Assembly: GCA_030265395.1 (NCBI GenBank)
Contig: JARFYF010000036.1
Location: 41,784,099 to 41,848,098, forward strand
Origin: Rhina ancylostomus
Lineage: Eukaryota
DNA: 64,000 nucleotides
Direction of reading: 5' to 3'
The notes beneath the pieces are model-generated. The model was given only the letters and a program-made list of their open reading frames with translations, was not told the DNA's origin and searched no databases. The position numbers and the translations under genes were made by a program. Below, in pieces: positions 24,329-35,700 of this stretch (positions are counted from its first letter, which is position 1; the number at the start of each line of letters is the position of its first letter).

Positions 24329-25693
24329 CTAACAAAACAGAAAGAGAATTAAATAATATAAACTAAAAGCAAATTGTTCTCTCCAACACCTAACTTATTA
24401 TCAGTGATAACAACAAAAACTAAACCTGCTCCAAAACCTGATTAATTTCATCACAAAGACAAACAATTTATCACTCAATGCAGTTATTGACATATTGTCC
24501 TCGGAACTAGAGGTACCTCTTTGGCTGTCTTTATCTGTTCACATGGGTCTTTTGCTGAATACCATCTTGCTGCAGGTTTTATGCCATGACTTGAACGCCA
24601 TGACTTAATGGCCTGTGCAAGGCAAGCTCTAAAAAGGTGGAAAACTCAGCCCGGAGGCGAGGCACACCATCGGTAGATGGAATTTTAAAAAAGTGTTCTT
24701 GGTCCTGGCAGTGCATTCATGGAGCTATCTGGCTCCACTCAGTGCTAAATCCTTGCTGTTGGAATTGATTTTGCTGACTCAATATTTATTGACTCCTCAA
24801 ACTTCTGCTTTTCAGTAAGAAAATTCTCTCTTAAAATTGGTAATTACAGCTAGTGCGATGTGAGTGAAGATAAATTCTGGCTGCTTGATGACAATAAAAT
24901 GGAGCAAGGTTTTTTTTAAATAAACTGCATCAGAATTGAGAAGATCAGATTGGAGCTGTGAGTAAAGCAATACAAGTCAGGCTGACAATTACTAGTTTCA
25001 ATTTCACTCCAACTTGAGTTATTTTATAACAGGCAGGTTTTAGCTTTAAAAGATCTGCCAGATGCTCCAAAGATCAAGATATACAAATTCACACTAAAAT
25101 TTAGAAAAACTTAACCAGTCCGACCCTGATTTAAAGTTAAACAAAATTCTGATATTACTACACAGCAAGGACTCTTGAAAATATCAATGCTTATAAAATC
25201 AGAGTTCTTTATGTCACCTTTAGAGGAAAAGAACAATAGGAGTAAATTAAAATAATACTTAATTTGATATAGGAATTGTACTATCATCCCATAGACTTAA
25301 TACATCTTGCACTTTCTCGTATCCCAAATGTAAAAGATGCTCTAGACATCAACTCACTTGTGATGTGCAGGGTAAAATTTAAGTTTCAAATTCAGGACTA
25401 CTCCGGTGACAACACTTGAGAAACCATTCCAACTTCCCAATGCTCCACAACTCCCATAAAAAAAGTCACTAGTATCTAACAATTGCTCATTAACAGATTA
25501 AAAAATATTCAATTATTACTTACCTAAACATTTAACCAATTTGATTTTTTTCTGATCCAACGCTGCAATATGCTTAAGAATGATTACAATCATTATTTTA
25601 AAAATAGTGTGCATGGCCTAAAGGCCCTTAACTATTACAAGCAAGCATACGTGCAACAGAATAACACAGATGGTGGGGCAAGGACTTTCTTAC

Positions 25694-25847
25694 CTCTACA
25701 AGATAGTCAATAGATCCAGAGACTGGATAAGCTTTAGTAACAAACTTTGCAACACCATGCATATTGATGAATCCTTTCCAAATTGCATCCAGGTGAGAGA
25801 GAAACAATGAAGTATCCAATTCCAGTTGAGTCTTTTGCTCTGATACC
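25694..25847 (-). CDS. DIDO1: DIDO1 exon, SPOC domain part 1 (VSEQKTQLELDTSLFLSHLDAIWKGFINMHGVAKFVTKAYPVSGSIDYLVE)
   Basis: Acceptor TTAATAG|G, donor GAG|GTAAGA; 154 nt, phase 2 to 0; IWKGFINM..VAKFVTKAYPVSG SPOC motif. Confidence 0.96.
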
Positions 25848-28281
25848 CTATTAATAGAAATAACAGTTTATAGTCTTAAATTAACAGTGATCCTTCTTAT
25901 TTTACCTATTCGCAATCAACAGGAATAACAGATGAAACACCATTTCTCTGACCTTTTGGAATTTCATTAACAGCAATTTTCACCTCTTGACTTCTATTTT
26001 GAGTAATGACTCCTTAAAATCCAGCCACCCTATTCCCGCAATCACTCTTTCTGCATACAACCATGACACTACTGCCATCCTTCCACTGTAAAGACACTAA
26101 CTATACACGACATTCTGCACGTATATGCACCATCTATTTATAAAGCAACCGAATAACTCAGTATTTTGGCTCAATATCACCCCTTTAACTGTGCCATCCT
26201 GAATGTTTGTCCCCATCTGAAGCATTTTATACACTGTATTTTTTCTGCACGTCTGCATAATTCACAAGTAAATTCAACTCCTACCACCCTCTTAGTTAGA
26301 TTTGTGGAATCTGTACATTTAGCCAGTGTTCATTCATAAAAGAGTCACTGGTAACATTCTCCCAAGCTAATGCATACAAATTAGCAGAAGTTGGCCTCTT
26401 GAGCTGTTGCCACCATTCAGTGGCTGAACCAATTGTAACAAAGTCTGTGTTTCCATCTATTCCAGGTAACCTTTCACCCTCTTGCTTATAAACAATCTAT
26501 ATTTGTCTAAAAAAATTCAAAGACTCTCCACCCTTCAAGAGAGACGAAATGACTCTAGATTCTCAGAAAAAACTTTGCTTATCGGTTCTTAAAAAATAAA
26601 GGATTGCCCATTTAAGCAGTGACCAGTTTTATATTTTCCCATAAAAAGTTTGCTCTTCCACCAATCGGTGACCTATTGATCTGTTACTTAAGGTTTGTAA
26701 AATAACCATAGCTAATTCCCACATTTTCTGTACCAGCATGTCCAGAGAAACTATCAAATACCTTACAGACTTAGCCTTCATGAATGTATCCTGGTTTCCA
26801 CATTTATCTCTATCCAGATGTCCCATGGTAAATGTAACTTTACCTACACAATGTCAAGCTCATTGTTCTGAAGGACCCTTCCATAAAACCCTCTGCCTCC
26901 TCACTTACCTTTCCACCTTTAGGAGCCATTTGATTATCGCTCCCAAAATCCCTTTTGCCTTGATATTTGTTTTCCTCACATCTTAAGTGTATTTGTTATT
27001 GTAAACTTTTGACCCAAATGAAAATGAATATGAACACTCCCAATTGATATGTTTAGCCAGCAGCAAGTTAAGGTGTGTCGGACTGTGCCTAGGCTTAAAT
27101 TTGTACTGTCACTGAGCCACGAGTATTTGCTTCATTGCAGAACGGATTGTGTGTAGAGGTGCTTCATAGATTTTCTCCTGCTCCTCATTTTCTGGGATCC
27201 TCCTATAAAGCAATTTGGGAAACAGAAATCTCCATTCTTCCTAGGGTCCGAAAATGCACTGCATTTTACCAGGAGCAATGCATCTATCAAGCCTTCTCTC
27301 TGTTTAAGGAACTGTTCAATTTTGCTGAGCAGGTTGAATGTCTTCCAACCAAAACCACAGCAAATTTAACACACAAGGGACCCTCCAGCTTACCGTGTTC
27401 ACGGCAGTCATAAAAGAGCCACGGAACCTAATTCCATCTTCCAGAACTAGGTCTGCAGCTCTGTAGGTTACAGTTCTTGAAGTACATATTGTACGGTTTA
27501 CATATGATGAGGGACTCTGCCTCTCCCCCTTTCAGCACTTAGTGCCAGAACACTATCATCTTCGGGGTGTAAAGGTTTTGCCCTCACCTCTTTGCAGGTG
27601 ATGGTTTATACTGTTCTTTAGAATGGTTTCCAAGAATTTGATCACCACAAACTGATCCTGATAACTTGATTTATCCCTTTTTAAATAGTACAACATATGA
27701 AATCCTTCCATCCTCTGGCACTACTTATGTGACTAGGCAGGATTTAAAAATGGCAGTCAGAGCCGCCATAATTTCCTTTCTTGTTTAACGGACTAAGACC
27801 CATTTCCTCCAGGCCTGCCATTGTTCATTTTTAGTGTGTTAAGCCCCATAATACCTCCTCTTATCATGCTTATCCCATCCAATATTTCACCCTTTTCTGT
27901 CTTAACAATAATATCAACATTGTCCTATTGATGAAGAAACAATCCCATCACAGCTTGAAGTGTTTTGGCAACTTGTCAGAACAGATTAAAGGGTATGTTG
28001 AGTCAGAGAGCACGGAAATAGGCCCTTCAGCCCACCACATCAATAACGATCTTTTTGCCCTTATTAGGTCCTTCTGTTTTGCCTATTTAAACATCTGTTT
28101 AAATGTCACTTAAACACAGTGATCATATCTGACTCCACTACATCCTTTAGCAGAATTTCAGGTATCAACTGCTCTGTGTATCACAGCAAAAGGATTCTAT
28201 CTACTCTATCTATGCCTCTTATAATTTTACTGATGCATTGGGAAGAGGGGTCACTTTGAGTTGAAGCAGGTGATGAAGTTG

Positions 28282-28885
28282 AGTCATAGAATCATGAAGT
28301 AATACAGCAAGAAAACAGGCCCTTTGGCTCAACTCTTCTACGCCGACCGTGGTGCCTACCAAGCTAGTCCCATTTACCAACGTTTGGCCCATATCCCTTT
28401 AAACCTTTTGTATCCACGTACTTATCCAAATGCCTTTTTAATGTTGTTATTATACTCCATGTTCCTTGGTCTTGTTCTTGCTGGAGTCTCGCACTAGGTC
28501 TTGGTTCCAATTTTTCTGGCTATTACCTTTGGTTTCTTAGACGTGAGCTCCTCATTTAAGTGTTGAACTTTACCTGAAAGTGTGCAACCACATCCTTCCT
28601 ATAGTGTGGTGACCACAACTACACACGATACTCCAAATGCAGTCTAACCAGTGTTTTGTAAAGTTGCAACATAATGTGCCAATTTTTCTATTCTAGCCCT
28701 GACCCATGAAGGCAAGCGTGCCATATACATTCTTCATGATCCTGTCCACCTGTGTTGCCACTTGGAACTATAGACTTGAACCACCAGGTCTCTCTGTTTA
28801 TCAACATTCCTTGGCACTCTGCCATTTATTGTAAATGTCCTATCCCTATTTGACTTCCTAAAATGTATCACCTCACATCTCTCAA
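28282..28885 (-). mobile_element. CR1/HER1 LINE 3' fragment with an internal deletion filled by a DIDO1 exon copy
   Basis: Reversed tail at 28282-28455; reversed RT end (LYKTLVRLHLEY..Q/*.WSPHYRKDV) at 28582-28885. Confidence 0.8.
28460..28584 (-). pseudogene. Diverged partial copy of the 5' end of DIDO1 exon 29285-29825, including its acceptor
   Basis: Aligns by eye to 29695-29836; translates GKVQHLNEELTSKKPKVIARK, frameshift, then EPRPSARLQQEQDQGT. Confidence 0.85.
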
Positions 28886-29284
28886 AAGGTAAAACTTTAA
28901 TTTTGAATTTATAGCTTTTGTTATAAGTGGGAGAATTTAAGGTAAGGGAGAAAGAGCAGTGGGAAGCTTTTCTTGATATGAGCAGAACAGAAAATTAGCT
29001 TAGATATGTAAAAGCCTTTGTAATTTCTGTCGCAACTTCAACTAGAGCTTTAGAATTTATTTTATATTCATTAGACGGTTTGTGTACTGGCAATCTACAT
29101 TTATTATGCCCAAACATACCATTGAGATCTAAGCAGTGATGTTAACTCTGTGATAAATGGATGCACCATAAGCCACCCAGCCTCTGAATTGAAAGTTTTT
29201 CTTACACCTATTTGAAATTATTTTGTATATATACAAAATATGAAGCTATTTCTAGATTAATAAACCAGTTTTCTTCTCACACAC

Positions 29285-29825
29285 CTTACTGTTGATACTG
29301 TGTAGTTTTGCTCAGGTGTTGCTGATGGTTTTGAGAGTATAGATTTTGGAGTTGCAGATGTCAAAATGGATTTTGGTAGATCCTCCTCTTCTTTTTTAAC
29401 ACCAGAAGTTCTGACTGTCCCAGAAATTGCAGTTGTAGTTGAAGATGAAGATGAAGATGATACAGTCTTTGGGACACTAGGAGCATTAAGGCTGGAAGCT
29501 GCAATGATGGACGTTGTGTTGGCCTCAGCAGCTCTAGTTGGATCATTGACTGGTGAAGTGAAGGAACTGCTGATAGATTTTGAAGTGGGCTGTGTAGTAA
29601 CTACACTGGTTTTCGGCAAGTCTTCCAATGCATTGGAAAGCGGGGTCACTTCTTCAGTTGAAGCAGGCTGCTCTCTTGGTGGTGAAGCAGTCACTGTTCC
29701 TTGGTCTTGTTCTTGCTCTTGCTGGTGCCTCACGTTGGCTCTTGGTTTTGGCTTTGATTCTGGTTTTCTGGCCATCACTTTTGGCTTCTTAGGCACTGGC
29801 TCATCATCTGACACTTGAACTTTAC
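29285..29825 (-). CDS. DIDO1: DIDO1 exon, S/T/P-rich linker (GKVQVSDDEPVPKKPK...PKSILSKPS...TVSTVR)
   Basis: Acceptor CACTTTTAG|GT, donor AG|GTGTGA; 541 nt, phase 1 to 2, matching both neighbours; open frame with DEP.PKK and PKSIL motifs. Confidence 0.88.
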
Positions 29826-31065
29826 CTAAAAGTGTGGAAATCAACAAGTGAGATAACTTAACCCTTGGTCTTTAAATACAGGGTCGATTTTGCTATGTGT
29901 ATTATCCCTGGAACATGTATTCCGAAGTCGCAGCCTCTTCATTGTTGTATCATTCACTGACATTTAAGCAAAATAGACCCGACTTCTCCATTAATTACTG
30001 AGCGCAAAAGGAGTCCTAACATTGGTATAGGGCTGCAGAAAGTTATGCCCCATTTATATTCATTCTTTCACTCTAGTCCTGTAAGGTTTCTCTATTGGAG
30101 TATACACCTGATTACATTTGAAAGTTTCTATTTGAATTTAATCACCACCATTCCAGGCAATATTTTTATTATGGCTTTATAAATAAAATTTACATTACTA
30201 ATCAGACTCCAAAAGCTATTAGCATGAAACAGATTTACCCATTAGCTTACAACCCAATTAAACAAGAATATTGCAAGCCAGAACTATATACAGCAAGAGA
30301 AAGAATGTTAAACATCTAATAGGGTTGTATTGTTCCTTGAACGATAGGTTTTTTAGCTAGCCGTGATGAAGTGACTACATTGCCTGGAATAATGATTAAA
30401 ATTAAATCAGATATATACTTAAATAGGGAATTCTGATTGTGGGTGAGACAGCAGGGAAATGCGATTAATTCAACAGCTCTTTTAAAAAGCTACCAGATGT
30501 GATCAATTGAAAAGCATCCTCTGATGTTGTTGGATTCTATGCATATATTTAATACTAAATTATGACAGGGGTTTCACTGACATAGACAACATTGATTGTC
30601 CATTTAGTTTGCCTATGAGGTGACAGCCACCTTCTTGAAGATCTGCAGTGTGGTAAAAGAACTCCAATTGTGTAGTTTTAACACAGATTAATAGCTTTTT
30701 AGACCATTTTACAAGGTAATCACGAGTTGTAGGTCTGGAGTCATGTGTAGGCCAAAGGTAAGAATGAGATTCCCCAACATCAATGACCCAGATGCGTTCT
30801 TGCGCTGAACCTAGTATCTTCATGGCAATCTTTACTGACACTTTTTATTCCAAATTAATTTATTCAACTGAATTTAAATTACCCAGCCACAGTGGGATTA
30901 CAACTCATGTCGCTTGGTTAGTAGTCCACTCCATTGGATTAATTGTGCAGTTACAACCAATTTTCTATTTACCTCATAGAATGATAATTGAGGAACTATC
31001 CTCTCAAACCTCTTACATTGAGTAGTTTTCATGATAATGACCCAAAATGTCTTTATGCTGTTTAC

Positions 31066-31195
31066 CTGTACAGATTCGGCAGTTCAGATCAAACAGGTGG
31101 GCTCGGTGTTCATTTGTAGTATCTTTAAGCATGCTGCTGAAGATGTCAGGTAGTGGAAGGTTGGTCTTCTGAGCAGGATGTGCATCTTCCTGCTC
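31066..31195 (-). CDS. DIDO1: DIDO1 exon (EQEDAHPAQKTNLPLPDIFSSMLKDTTNEHRAHLFDLNCRICTG)
   Basis: Absent from the ORF track. Acceptor CCCTTCAG|GAG, donor CAG|GTAAAC; 130 nt, phase 0 to 1; carries the DIDO/PHF3 DTT.EH..HLFD.NC.ICTG motif. Confidence 0.96.
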
Positions 31196-31974
31196 CTGAA
31201 GGGCACAAACAAATGTTAATCATTTTGAAAGCTGATGGTTAAATATGACATATTAAGAACTACAATTACCGGGTGTACAAATCTAAATTGCAGACCCGCA
31301 TAATACATAGCATACAAGTAAAACAGTAATGTACACATTGTATGCGCAAGATGCAATCCTGATTACATTGGATGCAGGTTCAATAGTAATTTTCAAAAGG
31401 ACATGGGAAAAATACATGAAGGAAACACATTTGTAGGGAGAGAGATGCAGAGTAGGAATGAACTGGATGCTTTTACATAAATCTGCAATCACAACAGAGC
31501 AACAAAAGGCCCCTTTTATGCTGCACTATATTGATCTTTGGAAAAATAACAAAATGGCTTGTAATCTTTATTAATTTCCCCAATTTCAACTTTTCTCTAA
31601 TCCAGTTTGCATGCTTTGTTTTCTAGGTGTCAGTCAATTATGGGTTTTCTATTCTTGTTAGCAAAATACTTCTGGACGCACATTAATCTTGCTGCAAGTT
31701 CCTGTAAATGAGGAAACATAGGTTGTACAATGTTTCCTAATTTGCCAGTGATTCCCCGTTTTTTCTAGTGCCAGTGAAACTGTGGTCCAGTACAGACAAA
31801 GGATGGGCAAAGTGTCAGCATTAATAGCTATCTTTCGACCAGATTTTATTGTGAACTATTCTGAGCCAAGCTACTTAGTGAATATTTTTTCAAGAAAGAC
31901 TGAATTCTAGTTTGCTTTCATCCCTAATTTGAAGTGAGGCTGCATGCTTAATTGCCAACTTGTTTTTGCTAGAT

Positions 31975-32130
31975 GTCTCCCCCAGTCAATGTGGTCTCAT
32001 CTGTACTGGGAAACCAAACACAGACTGGATGGATGCTTTGCAGAACACTTCCACTCTATCTGCAAGGATGTCGCCAAGCTTCCAGGTGCCTGTCACATTA
32101 AATCATTTCACTTTTACTCTGACTTGTCTT
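31975..32130 (+). mobile_element. Penelope-like element GIY-YIG endonuclease relic
   Basis: SQCGLI in one frame, then ETKHRLDGCFAEHFHSI...LPGACH in another; resembles C..CGLLYIGETKRRLGDRFAEH...LPVA.HF. Confidence 0.75.
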
Positions 32131-32384
32131 TGGTCTCACTCTTTCTTCCTTTAACGCAGTACCTCATCCCTGACAAGCTTCCCATTAGAGTGGGCAAAAT
32201 ACAGAAAACAGATCAACTTTCATCATTTGGATTTTTTCCATGTACGGACAAAAGCATGAACATTATAAGATGGTTCTCTAACAACCTGCCCTGCTGCACC
32301 AGTGTTCACCCTTCCCCAAACAATGAAGATGCACTACATTAACCACACCATGTCACCCATCCCCATCTGAACAGTATAGATTCT

Positions 32385-32740
32385 CACGAGACCCAGGAAA
32401 AAGGATCACTTTCCACATTTCAGGATCCATCTCTAAGGAAAGGTAAATATGGATGAAGAAATTCACCACTGCCTCAACCACAATCTATGGCCAACTGGGG
32501 AGAAGAGTGCTCAAAGACCAAAACACAAACTGAGCACCAAGCTCATGGTCTACTGAATAACAATGATCCCAATTTTCCTGCATGACTCAGAGAGATGGGA
32601 CAACCTACAATAGACACCGAAAAGCACTGCATAAGTACCATCAATGTAGTTTCTGAAAAATCCTCCAAGTGCACAGGTAGAGTAAGAAAATACATCAACA
32701 TCCTAGCCCAGTCCAACAGAGGCTCTCATAATGCTCGAAC
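32385..32740 (+). mobile_element. RTE-clade LINE fragment
   Basis: Decayed DHFP.., IDEEIHH.L, STKLMVY, SE.WTTYNRH.KAL.KYHQ..L.KIL motifs. Confidence 0.7.
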
Positions 32741-35700
32741 AGCTTCAAAAGCCTCATTTTTCAGTTTTTCTCCCCTCTATTAGTACATTCAAATTTCATT
32801 CAGCTTCTCCAATTTACACTGTCCCTAGACTCCTCTTTCCCCAATTTTTCTGCCACTAAATCCAGAATGGGATTTCAGAGGCATTTACAGCCTATCCATT
32901 CATCAAAAAAAAAGTGCAACAGGCAGGAAGTGGAAGCAAGATTGTCTACTTCTCCCATCACCTGACATCATACTCTTCTATCAAAGTTCGTCAGAAAACA
33001 TGGAGATGTAGGAACTCTACTCTTCACCAATACATTTTATGATAGCAAATGAAAGAGGAAAGAGAACAATCATGCAATAACTGCAAAAAACAGAAAATCT
33101 GTAGAATGAAAAGTAAGATGCTGCCAAGAAAGACCCATAGAGAAGTTCAGTTAATTTGGACACAAAAGCCAGTAACCAGGTACAAGCTGAATAAACAGAA
33201 CTGGAAATTTTTTCACACTTCTGTATTACTTTCATTCAACACCAAATTTGTTCCAACAGAAGTCCAACTTGATTGTAATTTTCCACTAATTACTACTGAT
33301 GACAGAAACACCTACACTCTTTACTTCAGGTCAATTCTAGCTTAGAAATAAGTGCCCAGAAGGCATGATGTGCTACTGTTAAAACCTGCATTTAAGTTCC
33401 CTCAGAACTGCTTTCCTTATGAGCTATATTTTAAAATTATTAAATTGCCTTCGCACTAATTGCACAGTACAAAGAAATCCTAATTTTATACGAGTAGCAT
33501 TTACAGATACTAAAGATAATTATGTCATGGCAGGTGCCCAGCAGTATACAAAACAAAGTTCCAGTGAATAGTTATTTAATGTGTATGCCAACATGAAAAC
33601 GATGTTTCTTCAAGTGATAATGAACTTCTGCCCTACACTCGAATACAGCAGAATCCTCTGCTTGTGTTGAAAATTCCAAAATGAATTTCAGAACTCAATT
33701 GAGGAACCTTAGACCAAACTATAATTATGATCAAAAGGTTATCCGCCATGCATTCTTTTAAAACACTATATTACAATTTTTCCTCACATCTACCAGTTGC
33801 ATCCAAATTGTATTAAACATCAGGTGTGAATTCCAAACCCATTGCTTTAAATTACTATACTTCTCAATGACCAACGTATATACTTCCTTCAAGAAAAATT
33901 CTCCAGGATGTAGACGTGAGCATATTCACTACCCTTTATTTTTCAAAAGATGCTGATGAGTGCTTTCCTTAAGCAGCATATGTATCAAGTGGTTTGATGG
34001 GCCATTTTGGAGATCATGAGTGAGACAGCAAATGTAGTGCTATGTACAGGTTCCTCTCCCTCAAAGTCAACATAAAACCATCCAGAATTCAAAGACAATC
34101 CAGAATGTACTCAGTTTTTAAAAAGACTTGCCCAAATGATCAGATAACAAATTCTAATTCATAATAATGCATTTTGCAGGTAAACCCTCCAGGTGGTGGG
34201 ATGGTCTGGTTTCAGACCAGGCCAATTCTAGCTTGGAAGTAATTGCCCAGACGGCACGACGTGCTACTATTACAATTTGTATTTAAGCGAAACACAGATG
34301 TTAGGAATATCATTCCAGAACTGCAACTGAATAGTAGATTCAGTCATTACTTGCCAAGAAAGGCTGTTTGCCAGTATGGATAAAATACATATGGTATCTA
34401 CACATTAAGCCTTGTGATCTTCAACCTATGTGTACTGAACTATCATTATTTTTTTTAAATGTCTTTGCTGCTCTGTAGTTAGTTTTGAGGAACTGCTTTT
34501 GTTTTAGTTCTGTGACAAAATATTGCAATCATGATATATCCAATATACAGGCCACATGTTGCATTTTGCAGGCTTATGGCCAATTTTATGATTAAGAACA
34601 AGTTGTCTTTTTTTAAATACATAAAATGGGCAGATTGGTGGTGTGCCCCCCCCCCAAATCTTCTAGACTTTAGGATGTACACAATCTTGGCAGATTTTTC
34701 AAATATGGGCAAAATTCTACATTTAATTTCTGTCTTATTAACTGGGAACTTCTTTTATATAGTGCTTACTTCTGAATTTACTAAATATTTTTCCCCTCAT
34801 TAAAAGTGATTTCCTTGGAGAGAATATATTTGCTTTGTACACTGGTCTCTTAATGCATTGTTAGGCTTCATGTTTTGATTTCACTGTGATGNNNNNNNNN
34901 NTTAAAACAATACATGTGTATTTTCTCTCTTTTAAAATGTATGAGAGGAACAAATGTAGGGACGATATTTGCCAGAATATCCTTTCCATTTTAGCATTTG
35001 TCCCTGTTCTCACAGCCCACACTTCATAAAGCAAGTTATGAGGTGCACTGTTTAATGATCTGTACACATCTGGATGAAGAACAACTCTTCATATAGAAAT
35101 AGGTTTCATACTTTTCCACATCATGGCAGAAGATATCCAGGATCATATACAAGCAGCACCAATAAATCTGTGGTAAATAACAGCAGACACTTCTACATGA
35201 GACAACTTCATTGCTTATTCTGTAGAAAGGAGACATCATGAGGAGGAAAAAGTAGAAACCAAACTGAATGGTAAAGTTCCATTAATTGCAGGAAGTTGCA
35301 ATTTCAGAGCCACAGCGGTTCTTCATATTACGTTGTAGCCTCCTTGCCAGAAAAGCCTGGGGGGGGGGGGGAAGACGGGGGGGGTGCAAACTGCTATGAT
35401 GTTTCCCCCATTTAACCCCACATGATCTTCATTATATATTTATGGTGGGCTACCCACCATTAATAGGGTCCTGCTTGGTTGGGCATATTCCAGTTAGGTA
35501 CATACCCGAGGTAAGGGTTAGGGAAGCAGCAGAAAACTGAGCTGATAACTGCCAGAAAACACAGTTACAACCTGCTAGATCACTGGTGACACTTCTTTTA
35601 ATTACCCTAGAAGAACACTGTATTAAGAGACTTTTTTTTTGCTAGTTAGGACACTTAGGACAAGGAAGCATGATTTAAAATGAGTGAGGACTTTCAGAAA

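Noticed and set aside
29366-29818. 150-aa plus-strand ORF
   Set aside because: Antisense to the S/T-rich DIDO1 exon
29290-29825. Alternative donor ACA|GTAAGG 5 nt inside the exon
   Set aside because: Phase 0 would frameshift the next exon, which needs phase 2; AG|GTGTGA at 29285 keeps the frame
33327-34330. C/D-box snoRNA pair
   Set aside because: CTGA lies near the 3' ends on the minus strand, but there is no proper C box or terminal stem in both copies; kept only as a duplication
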